From Parcubacteria group bacterium (GTDB taxonomy: Bacteria; Patescibacteriota; Minisyncoccia; Moranbacterales; UBA2206), in contig JBAYLE010000002.1 of the NCBI GenBank assembly GCA_041664225.1, positions 3,541 through 67,540 on the forward strand: a DNA stretch of 64,000 bases, in the 5' to 3' direction. Both the position numbers and the translations under genes were made by a program. Position 1 is the stretch's first letter. Every line of letters begins with the position of its first letter. Of the stretch, positions 1 through 9,737 are shown piece by piece. The notes beneath the pieces are model-generated. The model saw nothing but the letters and a program-made list of their open reading frames with translations. It had not been told where the DNA came from and did no database searches.

Positions 1-259
1 TATTGGAGATGGTGCGAGATTTTCATTTGATAATATGATCATCACTTCTACGCACAGTCTGAAAGATTTTAAAAAAATTACAGCGAAACCGGTTTGGATT
101 GGAAAAAATGTATGGGTAACAAGCCGTTGCATCATTATGCCAGGCGTAAAAATAGGAGATAACTCCGTAATCAGCGCTGGTAGCATTGTTAGAGACGACA
201 TTCCGGCCAATTGCATTGCCGCAGGCAACCCGGCCAAGGTGGTCAAATATCTGGAATAA
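1..259 (+). CDS. C-terminal fragment of a hexapeptide-repeat (left-handed beta-helix) sugar O-acetyltransferase; the 5' end lies outside the window
   Basis: The open frame runs from the window edge. The translation ...WIGKNVWVTSRCIIMPGVKIGDNSVISAGSIV...AAGNPAKVV shows the [LIV]-G hexapeptide periodicity and the AGNPA(K/R) tail typical of Mac/LacA-type acetyltransferases. Confidence 0.6.
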   Translation, partial: IGDGARFSFDNMIITSTHSLKDFKKITAKPVWIGKNVWVTSRCIIMPGVKIGDNSVISAGSIVRDDIPANCIAAGNPAKVVKYLE

Positions 260-260
260 A

Positions 261-1130
261 ATGAAAATATCTAAAAGAATAATTTTTTATATCAAGATAA
301 CGCCTTTTAAAAAAATACCAAAGGAGGTGTTTTTTCGTTTTTTTCCCAACTTTGCCTGGAAGATTAACAAGTGGCAACTAAAAAAAATGATTCGCGAATT
401 GCAGAAAAAAAACAAGGAGTTCATCCTGGAAATAAGATTTGGGGGACTGGGCGACCATTTGATCTTCTCAGCTTTTCCAGAAATTTTTGCTAAAAAATTT
501 AATATTAAATTTTATTTGTCATCCCGCTCTGTTTTTGGTCATGAGGAAACAAGAAATATCGTATGGAGAGATAATCCGTATGTTAAATTTATCGATGCGC
601 CTGGAAAAGAATTGAGTTGCCCTAAAATAGATAAATACAAGAATTATAACGATGCTTTCGCAGACATTTTCGAGTTAGGAGAAGAAGAACAAAAGGTAAA
701 AATTTATTACAAGCCCAAAAAAATGGATGTAAACGAGGAAGATATTCTCTGTGATTTAACGTTTGGTCGAGCCGGAGGACATAATGGATACAAAGAAAAA
801 ATTTTTGAGGATAATGTAATAAAATATTTACGGAATAATTTTAGTGATAAAACTTTTATCTTATTGATGCCAGATGCTGAATATGCCGATAAATCATTGG
901 CGAATGCTGTTATGCGGAGCGGATTAAAATATAAAATTCAAACAGTAAAAAACATCCATCACTTAGCTGATTTTTTGTATTCCTACCCAACACGGATACT
1001 TTTGTATAGTGGTGCAGCAAGTCTGGCTGTAGCAATAAATTGTAAGGCAACTGTTCTTTGCAACAAACTTTCAAATCCTTATTTTCAATACGGCATTCAT
1101 AATTACGTGCGACTGGTAAAAAAAGATTAG
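261..1130 (+). CDS. Hypothetical protein, possibly a glycosyltransferase family 9 (heptosyltransferase-like) member
   Basis: The ORF-track frame is 186-1130, and the first ATG after the acetyltransferase stop is at 261 (MKISKRII...). The motif ILEIRFGGLGDHLIFSAFPE resembles the GT9 N-terminal (I/L)R-x3-LGD-x-(I/L)-x3-P signature. This is weak, unverified similarity. Confidence 0.45.
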   Translation: MKISKRIIFYIKITPFKKIPKEVFFRFFPNFAWKINKWQLKKMIRELQKKNKEFILEIRFGGLGDHLIFSAFPEIFAKKFNIKFYLSSRSVFGHEETRNIVWRDNPYVKFIDAPGKELSCPKIDKYKNYNDAFADIFELGEEEQKVKIYYKPKKMDVNEEDILCDLTFGRAGGHNGYKEKIFEDNVIKYLRNNFSDKTFILLMPDAEYADKSLANAVMRSGLKYKIQTVKNIHHLADFLYSYPTRILLYSGAASLAVAINCKATVLCNKLSNPYFQYGIHNYVRLVKKD

Positions 1131-1134
1131 ATAT

Positions 1135-2091
1135 ATGCCTGAAAAAGAATACAAAAACGCAATTTGTTCCCTATGCCGAAAAGAAGGCATCGAACTTTTT
1201 ATCGCTAAAGATAAAGTTCACAAAAAACCAGGGGTATTCCACGTCTTTCATTGTCAAAACTGTCAAGTCGATTTCATTGAATGCCCAGAAGATCTGACTG
1301 ACTATTACGATAACAATTATTTTTCTGACCTAATCAATGAAAAAAGTTTATTGTTCCGCATAAAATCGCATGTTATAGCTAATTTTTATGCGCCATCAGG
1401 ATTCATCAAGAAAAAAATATACGGTTTTCTCCTGGGCTTTATTGCCGCCTTACCCCAAGAAAAAGGGCGAATTTTGGATGTTGGTTGTGGCCCAGGTGAT
1501 ATCTTGTATTTGCTAAAAAAAGTAGGATTTGATGTGTATGGGCTGGATATTAGCCAATATGCGGTTGATGCAGCCCACAAAAACGGTCTAGAAAATGTTG
1601 CTTTAGGCATGGAAGACAAATTGGCCGAGTATTCCGATGAATTTTTTGATTGCATCCGCGGTTCACATGTTATTGAACATATGCCGGATCCAATCAAATT
1701 TCTAAATTTATGCCGGCGAAAATTAAAGAATGGTGGTTCGCTTATTCTTGCTACTCCAAATATCAACTCCTTTAATCGGGTTATTTTCGGCGAACACACT
1801 AAATGTTACCGCGACATCCCAAGACACATTATTTTGTTTTCAAACAAAGGGATTACTAAAATTTTGAAAAAAGCTGGGTTTGGGGATGCTAGGATAACTT
1901 ATAGAAATATGTTTAGTGATTTTTATGAGGGATTGTTTTGTTTTTTGGATGACAAATTTAAGATTTTAAATACGACTTTAGGAAAAAAGCTTTATAGAAA
2001 TATTTTTATCAATTTTATCTTTTTACCAATCGACTTTTTCGCTATAATGATTGGAGGTGGAGAAACAATGACGGTTAACATTAGAAAATAA
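1135..2091 (+). CDS. Class I SAM-dependent methyltransferase with an N-terminal zinc-ribbon (CxxC...CxxC)
   Basis: The N-terminus CSLC...CQNCQ forms a Cys4 ribbon. ILDVGCGPGDIL is SAM-binding motif I. A downstream acidic motif and ...CIRGSHVIEHM match the Methyltransf_11/12 pattern. Confidence 0.75.
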   Translation: MPEKEYKNAICSLCRKEGIELFIAKDKVHKKPGVFHVFHCQNCQVDFIECPEDLTDYYDNNYFSDLINEKSLLFRIKSHVIANFYAPSGFIKKKIYGFLLGFIAALPQEKGRILDVGCGPGDILYLLKKVGFDVYGLDISQYAVDAAHKNGLENVALGMEDKLAEYSDEFFDCIRGSHVIEHMPDPIKFLNLCRRKLKNGGSLILATPNINSFNRVIFGEHTKCYRDIPRHIILFSNKGITKILKKAGFGDARITYRNMFSDFYEGLFCFLDDKFKILNTTLGKKLYRNIFINFIFLPIDFFAIMIGGGETMTVNIRK

Positions 2092-2127
2092 TCCATCCTA
2101 ATAATATCAATAAAAAAAGCTACTTCC

Positions 2128-4344
2128 ATGACGTATATTTATAAAAAATTATCACAGATTATTTCCATTATAGAAAAAAATATTTTTGTGATTACTTTGG
2201 TTTTAATTTCAATGGTTACCTATAACCATTTTTTGCTTAATTTTAATAATTTGTTATTTGACGATTTTATATTTCGCTTCAATGAATCGCTAAAAGAACT
2301 CCCTCTCTATCCCCAGAGCTGGCTATCTAACACCAATATGGGTGTTATACACGGCCAACCCTTTCTTTATCCTCTACATTTATTTTGGGGAATTTTATCC
2401 AGATTAGGAATTGGATGGAATATAATTGAAAGAATCTTTTTTTTCTGGCCGCTTATAATAATAGCTCCTCTTGCATCGTTTTTATTATTCAAAAAGCTTT
2501 TAAAATCCAATTTGGGCGCGGCTATTGGAAGTATTTTATTTACCTACAATTCTTACTTTATGGTAGCGCTTAACTATGGGTTCTTTTTTATTATTATTTC
2601 GCAAATCCTGGCTCCTCTTTTTTTGCTCTTGCTTTTTAAAACCCTAGAAAACAAAAGGTTTGATTATTCCGTGATTACTGGAATAATAGGATTTCTGATA
2701 ACCTCTTACGATTTCAGGACGTTCTATATTGTTGGTTGTATAGCATTATTATACGTAATTTTTTCTTTGTTTATCGACAAGGAAAGCAAGCTCTCAATCA
2801 AAAATATTTTTCTTTTTTTCATGCCCTTCATAATCGTTTTATTATTAAACAGTTTTTGGCTCATTAAATTTGTAAATGGCAGTTCTGATTACGCCTCTAT
2901 TTTAGACAGAGGTTTTCAGACAGTTTGGTCTCATAATTTAATCAACTCTTTATCTTTACACCATCCATATTATGGCGCGGGTGAAACTCTACATGGAGGC
3001 ACCTTTGATTCTTTGGAAAATGTCAGATTTTACTTTTGGATCATACCTATAGCGGCCCTTCTAGGAATTATTTTAAATAAAAGAAATGCAAAAATTCTCA
3101 TCATTGGGGTGATGACACTCATTTTTATTTTAATAGCTAAACAACATGCCCCACCCTTTACTGGTCTGTATGAATGGCTATATTACAACATCCCCGGATT
3201 TAATGCTTTTCGCGAAGCAGGTAAATTTTATTTTGCCATAGCTATGGGGTATTCAATTTTGGTTGGCTCGTTTATCAAGTGGATTTGGGAAAACTGGACA
3301 AAAATCACGAGTAAAAAGATTTATTCAAAATATTTAATAATATCAGCAATTACCATTATTCTGTTGCTAAATACTATTCATTTATACCAAGGAAAGGATC
3401 CGATTTTTACCAATCCCAAAGAAATACCTCCCGATTATCAGATATTTAAAGATTTCTTTCTAAAACAGCCTGATTATTCTGGTGTCCTTTGGATTCCTAA
3501 CGCCTCAAAACAATGGGCAGCTACATATACTAATAATCATCCTTCATTGGGGCTAGAAAGTATGACATTAGATTGGGGCTGGAAAGATTTTGTTTCGCAT
3601 AATTATAAAAATGGTAACTATCCTTATGGCGATGAAATCACAGCACCTCTCAAGCAATCATACGCTAACACATTACTGGACGTTTCTTCTGTGAAATATA
3701 TCGCAATTCAGTTGAATGACGGACCAAATCTGACAGAGTCTTTTATTGATTTAGCACGAATGTATGGCGAACGCAATTTTTTCATTAGCGAATTAGATGA
3801 TCTTCAGTATTTAAAGAAAATTGACATTGGGACGAAAGACCTTGTTGTTTATGAAAACAAAAATTTTAAGCCGCTTTTGTATACCACAAACGAAAAAGAG
3901 ACTATCTATGACAGTATTCGTTTTCAACCAGTAAACTATAAATTCATTGATTCTACGGAATACAATATTTCTATTGAAAATATATCTCGCCCTATATATT
4001 TAAATTTTGCCCAAACTTATCATCCCGAATGGAAAATTAGAGCAGGGGACTTCATCTGGATAAAGACTCTAATGGGCGAAAAATATTTTTTACCAGACGA
4101 AAATCACTATAAGAATACGGCTAATTTGAATTCTTTTTATATCGATCCCAAAGAAACTTGCCAGTCAAGCGACTCTTGCCATCAAAATCCCGACGGCAGT
4201 TTTAATATTGAGTTGACCCTCTATTTCAAGCCCCAATCATATTTCTATCTTGGCTTGATTATTTCAGGCCTAATCCTCGCCGGACTCTTGGGCTATCTGG
4301 GATGGGACTTTGCGAAGCGTCACAGAAATAATAATCTTAAATAA
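2128..4344 (+). CDS. Large polytopic membrane protein (738 aa); putative GT-C-type glycosyltransferase or glycan polymerase
   Basis: The N-terminal 430 aa carry about 10 or more hydrophobic helices. A DD motif (LLFDDFIF) sits after the first TM. A C-terminal soluble domain of about 300 aa ends in a terminal TM anchor. This is the architecture of GT-C/YfhO-like enzymes. Confidence 0.55.
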   Translation: MTYIYKKLSQIISIIEKNIFVITLVLISMVTYNHFLLNFNNLLFDDFIFRFNESLKELPLYPQSWLSNTNMGVIHGQPFLYPLHLFWGILSRLGIGWNIIERIFFFWPLIIIAPLASFLLFKKLLKSNLGAAIGSILFTYNSYFMVALNYGFFFIIISQILAPLFLLLLFKTLENKRFDYSVITGIIGFLITSYDFRTFYIVGCIALLYVIFSLFIDKESKLSIKNIFLFFMPFIIVLLLNSFWLIKFVNGSSDYASILDRGFQTVWSHNLINSLSLHHPYYGAGETLHGGTFDSLENVRFYFWIIPIAALLGIILNKRNAKILIIGVMTLIFILIAKQHAPPFTGLYEWLYYNIPGFNAFREAGKFYFAIAMGYSILVGSFIKWIWENWTKITSKKIYSKYLIISAITIILLLNTIHLYQGKDPIFTNPKEIPPDYQIFKDFFLKQPDYSGVLWIPNASKQWAATYTNNHPSLGLESMTLDWGWKDFVSHNYKNGNYPYGDEITAPLKQSYANTLLDVSSVKYIAIQLNDGPNLTESFIDLARMYGERNFFISELDDLQYLKKIDIGTKDLVVYENKNFKPLLYTTNEKETIYDSIRFQPVNYKFIDSTEYNISIENISRPIYLNFAQTYHPEWKIRAGDFIWIKTLMGEKYFLPDENHYKNTANLNSFYIDPKETCQSSDSCHQNPDGSFNIELTLYFKPQSYFYLGLIISGLILAGLLGYLGWDFAKRHRNNNLK

Positions 4345-4438
4345 AAGTATTTTGGTTATTCATAGCAGCAAGGGAGTTTAATTGTAACAAAATGTTACAA
4401 TTGGAGTGCTAAAATGTTACAATAAAATTAAAGAAACT

Positions 4439-6055
4439 ATGGAAAAATATCTGAAAAAATATTATCGCCTTTTTTTTCTGGCTGTCGCCGTTCTGCTTTT
4501 GTATCCGACTTTGCAAAGGGGATATATTTTTCTTCTTGACTGGATGGTGGAACCGAATATTGCCTTTTCCGATATCAATCTTCTTTCTGATTCCATCGGG
4601 TGGATAACTTACAAATTTCTGGCTATTGTTTTTTCATTCGCCGTTTTTCAAAAAATTCTTCTCTTCGCCATTGTATATTTTTTGGGTCTGGCGGGTTTTC
4701 GGCTGGCAAAACGAACTAGGAATATCTATGCCCAATATTTCGCGGGACTCTTTTTCATTTTTAACCCGTTCATCTACGCACGATTAGTGGAGCAGATCAA
4801 TGTCATCGTTGGCAGCGTTTTGTTTTTATGGTTTTTGGTATATTTTCTGGAATATCTGGAAGAAGATGTTTTAAAAAAACTTGTCTGGTCTGCTATTTTA
4901 GCAGCGCTGGCTATTTCCTTTTTCCCGCATTGCGCTTTTTTAGTTGCTGCAACTTTTCTTGTCCTAGTTATCTCTAATTTTATCAGCAAAAAAGATTGGA
5001 AATTAATTTTTAAAACAGCCTTGATATTCGGGGCAATAGTTATATCTTTAAACAGTAATTGGCTTTTTTCTTTTTCCCAAAACCGAGGAGATTTGGCTGT
5101 GGTGGAAAATTTTTCCCAAGCTGATTGGAAATCATTCGAAACAAGCTCTATCGGAGGCGATTCGGTTTACACGACAGTCCTAGCCCTGCAGGGGTATTGG
5201 GGAGAATATCAAGATCGATTTGTTTCCATTAGGGAAAACCCGCTTTGGAGCCCCGCTTTTCTCTTGATTTTTGCCCTGTCAGTCTTCGGCGCAATCAAAT
5301 TGTGGAAAAAAGATCCTCATGCGAAACCGCTGATATTCCTGTTTTTTATCGCTTATATTCTGGCTATCGGCATATCGTCGCCGATTACTAAGCCTCTTTC
5401 CGTCTTTCTTTATAATTATCTGCCTTTTTATACCGGTTTACGTGAGCCGCAAAAATGGGTGATTGTTTTAGTTTTCGTCTATGCATATTTGGGCGGTTGG
5501 GGCATCAAATATCTCTTAGAAACTAAAAAATTTAAGGATTATCGCACAGAAATAGGAATCTTCTGCGCAATTCTCCCGATTATTTTTTCTTTTTCAGCCA
5601 TCCAGGGCATGCGCGAGCATTTCACGCCGCAAGAGTTTCCCGTAGAGTGGCAAGGGGCCAAAAATTTTCTCAAGGAAAATCCGACTGATGGTAAAATTTT
5701 GTTTTTACCCTGGCATTCGTATATGGAATTTAGTTTTGCCGGCAAAAATATTATAAACCCAGCACAGTCTTTTTTTGGGAAAAATATTATTGTGGGCAAC
5801 AACACCGAATTTGGGCCGGTCTATTCACACTATTCTGATCCGCGAACCCTGGCCATTGAAAAATATATGCCCAGAAAAAATAATCCTTCGGAAAAAATAA
5901 ACTATGCTGATTTTATTTCTGATATGGAAAAATTCAAAATTCAAAAAATAATTTTGGCCAAAGACGAAGATTGGCAAAAATATGCCTGGCTTGATACTAT
6001 ACAAACAACCAAGGTTTTGGAAAATAATAAGCTAAAAATATACGACCTCCAATGA
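4439..6055 (+). CDS. Polytopic membrane protein (hypothetical); probably glycosylation-related
   Basis: The ORF-track frame is 4406-6055 from a GTG. The ATG at 4439 (MEKYLKKYY...) is the more likely start. It has more than 10 predicted TM helices and its stop overlaps the next gene (ATGA). Confidence 0.55.
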   Translation: MEKYLKKYYRLFFLAVAVLLLYPTLQRGYIFLLDWMVEPNIAFSDINLLSDSIGWITYKFLAIVFSFAVFQKILLFAIVYFLGLAGFRLAKRTRNIYAQYFAGLFFIFNPFIYARLVEQINVIVGSVLFLWFLVYFLEYLEEDVLKKLVWSAILAALAISFFPHCAFLVAATFLVLVISNFISKKDWKLIFKTALIFGAIVISLNSNWLFSFSQNRGDLAVVENFSQADWKSFETSSIGGDSVYTTVLALQGYWGEYQDRFVSIRENPLWSPAFLLIFALSVFGAIKLWKKDPHAKPLIFLFFIAYILAIGISSPITKPLSVFLYNYLPFYTGLREPQKWVIVLVFVYAYLGGWGIKYLLETKKFKDYRTEIGIFCAILPIIFSFSAIQGMREHFTPQEFPVEWQGAKNFLKENPTDGKILFLPWHSYMEFSFAGKNIINPAQSFFGKNIIVGNNTEFGPVYSHYSDPRTLAIEKYMPRKNNPSEKINYADFISDMEKFKIQKIILAKDEDWQKYAWLDTIQTTKVLENNKLKIYDLQ

Positions 6056-6465
6056 AAGAAATCAATCTTGAAATTAAACTGCCTGCTTTTTGGGACACAT
6101 ACCTAGCCGGAAAGATAGCTAGAATCATTGTTTCGCTTGCCTGGCTATTTTTCACTGCCTACATCGGGACTGAACATCTTTTCACATTTATAGAAATGCT
6201 CGTTTTGGCGTATCTTGGCCTTTCTATAATCTGGAGACTTTCCAGCCGCGTCTCCGCCGTCATTGCTTTATTATTTCTTATTGCTGAGCCATTTTTACTC
6301 TATTTTAAAAATGACGCGCTGGCGGAGACTTTCGCCGTATATGCCTTCTATTTTCTAGTTATAACCGTCTTCCAAGAGGTTTTATGGCTTAAACATGAGC
6401 AAAAAACCTTGCCCGAACGCCCTGTGGATAACTCACCTGGACACCCCAAAAGAAAGATTGTATAA
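6052..6465 (+). CDS. Small integral membrane protein (137 aa), translationally coupled to the upstream gene
   Basis: ATGA overlap with 4439-6055. Four hydrophobic segments are visible. Confidence 0.45.
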   Translation: MKEINLEIKLPAFWDTYLAGKIARIIVSLAWLFFTAYIGTEHLFTFIEMLVLAYLGLSIIWRLSSRVSAVIALLFLIAEPFLLYFKNDALAETFAVYAFYFLVITVFQEVLWLKHEQKTLPERPVDNSPGHPKRKIV

Positions 6466-6547
6466 TAAAGATAATATTAACAAAATGTTTGGTCGATTGC
6501 ATTTTGCAACTAGCTAGTTGAGTTTAATTTGTCAAAAACAAAAAATA

Positions 6548-6907
6548 ATGAAAAGAATTCTAACATTATCCCTCTTGTTTGCTGTAAGCATCGCTATGGT
6601 CGCAGGTGTGGCTCTGGCCAATTATGGCGACAAAAACAGCCTTTCCGGTTATGTAAAAGAAAAGGGAACCTTAGCCGGCATTAAGGGTGCTAAAGTCAAA
6701 ATCTATACTCAGGGCGGCACCAAAAAGGGTTCTGACACGACCAATATAAAAGGAAAGTATTCGATCAAGAAATTGACCGAGAAGAAATATGTAGTTCGAG
6801 TGACAGCAAGCGGATGGCATGATCCGAAGAATGTCCAGAAGAACAAGATTTCCAGCACCGTCAAAGTGGATGGAAGCAAAAATAGAAACTTCTATTTTGT
6901 AAAATAA
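6548..6907 (+). CDS. Small secreted protein with a carboxypeptidase-regulatory-like / Ig-like beta-sandwich signature
   Basis: Start chosen at MKRILTLSLLFAVSIAMVAGVALA (signal peptide), and the ORF-track 6518 start is an upstream extension. GYVKEKGTLAGIKGAKVKIYTQGGTK...KYSIKKL...KYVVRVTASGW matches a CarboxypepD_reg-like fold. A rho-independent terminator follows. Confidence 0.5.
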   Translation: MKRILTLSLLFAVSIAMVAGVALANYGDKNSLSGYVKEKGTLAGIKGAKVKIYTQGGTKKGSDTTNIKGKYSIKKLTEKKYVVRVTASGWHDPKNVQKNKISSTVKVDGSKNRNFYFVK

Positions 6908-6926
6908 TTTTCTTATCCAATCCTTA

Positions 6927-6955
6927 CAAAAAACGTCCGCGCGGACGTTTTTTGA
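6927..6955 (+). terminator. Rho-independent terminator
   Basis: AAAAAACGTCCGC/GCGGACGTTTTTT is a perfect 9-bp GC-rich hairpin followed by a T-run. Confidence 0.8.
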
Positions 6956-6992
6956 TATTGACCAAAAAAATAAAAAGGGTCATAATAAGAAC

Positions 6993-7802
6993 ATGAACAA
7001 AAACAATAAACTGATCAAGCAAAAAGCCATAGTGTTTTCGATAATCATAATCTTGGTCGCGGGAGGATATTTTTTATATCAATATTATCAAAAAAAGACA
7101 GCGGCTGAATTTGCGGTTGAGGAAAAAATATCCGAGTTTGAGAATAAGATTCCATTGCAATGCGAAAATGGAGAATGGACTGAATTTCCGGATTACGCGC
7201 AAGCTGGAAACTTTCCAGAATTCAAAGGCAACGCAACCCTAAAAATGAAAGATGCCGAAAATTTTACTGACGCAGATGGCGCAGACTTCTTTACTACAGA
7301 TGAAAATTATTCGCTGGCTTTTTTCGCCGACAAAGCCGTCCGCATCGAGGGCTTGAATATCAGCTCAAGCAGCAAAAAAGAGATTTATGTCAAGCGGATC
7401 AAGTGCGTAGGTAAAGAAGCAGATCCGGAAATCCAATCACAAAGGCAAAACCTGATGAAATATTTGAGCGCCAACATCAACTCGCTGGCTCTCGAAAAAA
7501 GCGCCGTTGATGCGTGGCAAATCAATACTTTCTATTTTGTGAATGACAATGATATTTATGTGGAATATGAATCGCTGGGCTCTGTCGGCGGCGACGAACC
7601 CTATGACGGCCGTCTTTGGCTGATCCGGGCAACCAAACTGGAACGGACAATACCTGCCATCGAAACATTGGCCTATATACGAGAAGACGCGAAAGATCCA
7701 AGCAAAAACATCTTGAAACAGGGGACTGACTTATATAAAGACGCCACTGGCATGGCCGTTTATGAGCTTAATGACGATGCCACCAGATGGGTTATGCAAT
7801 AA
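6993..7802 (+). CDS. Secreted / membrane-anchored hypothetical protein (269 aa)
   Basis: It has an N-terminal signal-anchor (IVFSIIIILVAGGYFLY) and no recognised catalytic motif. Confidence 0.5.
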   Translation: MNKNNKLIKQKAIVFSIIIILVAGGYFLYQYYQKKTAAEFAVEEKISEFENKIPLQCENGEWTEFPDYAQAGNFPEFKGNATLKMKDAENFTDADGADFFTTDENYSLAFFADKAVRIEGLNISSSSKKEIYVKRIKCVGKEADPEIQSQRQNLMKYLSANINSLALEKSAVDAWQINTFYFVNDNDIYVEYESLGSVGGDEPYDGRLWLIRATKLERTIPAIETLAYIREDAKDPSKNILKQGTDLYKDATGMAVYELNDDATRWVMQ

Positions 7803-7819
7803 TAAATAAAAAAACACAT

Positions 7820-9652
7820 ATGCCTAATAAAACTGTCAAAGTTTCCATAAAACCGCTGAAGATATTCTTCATATTTTTGATCGCTGTTGTTGCTTCGGGA
7901 ATTGTTTATTTTACGAAATCAAATTTGAAAAAATCTTCTACGACCATCCGCAATGAGAACAAGATTGCGCAGGAACAGGAAATCGTCATGCCGTTAGAAA
8001 CCGGCGTGGCTGATTCTGGCCTTGAAAACACTTCTACTGTTGTTTCCGGACTGAACGCAAAGGTAATTTTCGACAGCTTTGAAGAAATTGACGGCAACAG
8101 CAGCCTAAAAGCAACTTTTCTGGAAAATCCATCTGCTTCAATAAAAATAAGCGACTATTTCAACAACATCGAGCCGGAAAAGTTCTATCGCTTGAGTTTT
8201 TTAGCAAAAACTTCCGCTAACAAAGAAATCGGTGTGTCTCTGCTGGGGGATGGCGATACCCAGAATTTGGGACAGCTAAAAATGCCGGGCAACAAAGGAG
8301 TGCGGTATTATGAGTTCAATTTTCAAGCGCAAAACAGCGCCCAAGATCTGGCACTGACATCCGGCGACAACACGCGAGCCGACATCTGGCTGGATGACTT
8401 TATGCTGGAATCATTGGATGTGAACTCCCCGGAAGAATTGCAAAATTTGAAACCGACGATTTTTGGCGATACCTCCTGGAAAAATACCGACCAATCACAA
8501 ACCGAAGATGAAAAGAATTCAGAAGATCTTTTGTCCAGAGCGGGAAACAAAATTGGACAAATTTTCCAACCATCCCAACCGCTTATTTCCGGTGCTGCCT
8601 TCAAAATTCAAAAAGTGGGAACTGGCGGAAAGGGAAACTATCAAATCCAATTGCGCGAATATGACCAAAATCTGGGAATAATTTCAGACAAAATACTAGC
8701 CTCGCGAAATATTTACGATGATTATCCACCCTCGATTGCTGATGAAATAAAAGAGAAGGAGCAAAACATTCGTGAAAATTTCGCAAAAAATGAGGATGAC
8801 ATCCGAAAAGGCAGAATTTCTGACGATTCAGCATCCGATCAGTACCCATCGAGTTTTACTCAAGAACAAATTGACGGTGCCAAGGCCCAAAAACGCCAAG
8901 AAAAAATGGAAATTGCCATTGAGGACATGAAAGAATCCTATAACCAGCCCTATGAATTGGAGATCCCGATTGCGGCTAAAATAGACACCAACAAAAAATA
9001 TTGGATCGGCATCGATACGGCTGGTGTTAAAGTTGACAAGAACAATTACATTAAAATTTTTTATAACAGCAAGCTTACTAGCGCGGAGGCTGAATCAAGC
9101 TTTATCAGCGACAAGGCAAGTACTTGGCAAGAATTTTACACATTGTGGTTTAAAACTTTTTATCCCGTGCACGCCCAAACACAAGGAGAGATTATTCTCA
9201 GCGGTGCCTCAATCTCAGATTTTGGCAATGGGAAACTTTTATATCGTTATCAATTTAATGACCAGGATTATGAATCCATTTCCGGGTTTCCCGACCGGAG
9301 AATTTATGACATGTATTCAGGGAATTTTGACAGCTCTGATACTTATGGAAACTATAGATTTTCCAAAGATAATGATTACGCGATATATAAGTTTAATACA
9401 CTGTACCCATCCGAAAAAATAATCATTCGAGAAGGATCTTTCCACCAGGGTCTCGCCATTGAATTTTCAACCGATGGCGAAAATTGGGAAGAGGTATATT
9501 CGGAAAATCCAGCGGAAAATAACCAAAAAATTAACCCGATTGCAATCTATCTTGAAAGTAAGAGCTCCTCATTTTATTTAAAAATAAGGCCGGCTGGAAA
9601 TAATTGTATTTTATTAGATCTTTCGCTAGAGGCAGAATTGGCCTCAAATTAA
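7820..9652 (+). CDS. Large secreted protein (about 610 aa) with a probable carbohydrate-binding (CBM/galactose-binding-like) beta-sandwich region
   Basis: Start at MPNKTVKV with an N-terminal TM anchor. The ORF-track start is 7787. The segment ...KATFLENPSASIKISDYF...YRLSFLAKTSANKEIGVSLLGDGDTQNLGQ...DIWLDDFMLE resembles CBM_4_9-type folds. The C-terminal half is Y/F/D/N-rich. Confidence 0.5.
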   Translation: MPNKTVKVSIKPLKIFFIFLIAVVASGIVYFTKSNLKKSSTTIRNENKIAQEQEIVMPLETGVADSGLENTSTVVSGLNAKVIFDSFEEIDGNSSLKATFLENPSASIKISDYFNNIEPEKFYRLSFLAKTSANKEIGVSLLGDGDTQNLGQLKMPGNKGVRYYEFNFQAQNSAQDLALTSGDNTRADIWLDDFMLESLDVNSPEELQNLKPTIFGDTSWKNTDQSQTEDEKNSEDLLSRAGNKIGQIFQPSQPLISGAAFKIQKVGTGGKGNYQIQLREYDQNLGIISDKILASRNIYDDYPPSIADEIKEKEQNIRENFAKNEDDIRKGRISDDSASDQYPSSFTQEQIDGAKAQKRQEKMEIAIEDMKESYNQPYELEIPIAAKIDTNKKYWIGIDTAGVKVDKNNYIKIFYNSKLTSAEAESSFISDKASTWQEFYTLWFKTFYPVHAQTQGEIILSGASISDFGNGKLLYRYQFNDQDYESISGFPDRRIYDMYSGNFDSSDTYGNYRFSKDNDYAIYKFNTLYPSEKIIIREGSFHQGLAIEFSTDGENWEEVYSENPAENNQKINPIAIYLESKSSSFYLKIRPAGNNCILLDLSLEAELASN

Positions 9653-9737
9653 GGAAATTTAGCCAGAATTAAATCTTTGACTATTTCGGCTAAATTTTAT
9701 AAAATAATAGGGTAATATCTTGAAGAATAATTTTCAC

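Noticed and set aside
186-260. Upstream extension of the 261-1130 ORF overlapping the acetyltransferase C-terminus
   Set aside because: The extension is out of frame with, and overlaps, the conserved end of the hexapeptide acetyltransferase. The ATG at 261 directly follows that gene's stop.
1386-1799. 137-aa minus-strand ORF inside the methyltransferase gene
   Set aside because: It lies entirely antisense to a well-supported methyltransferase CDS. It has no motif, and its low-complexity translation is typical of a shadow ORF.
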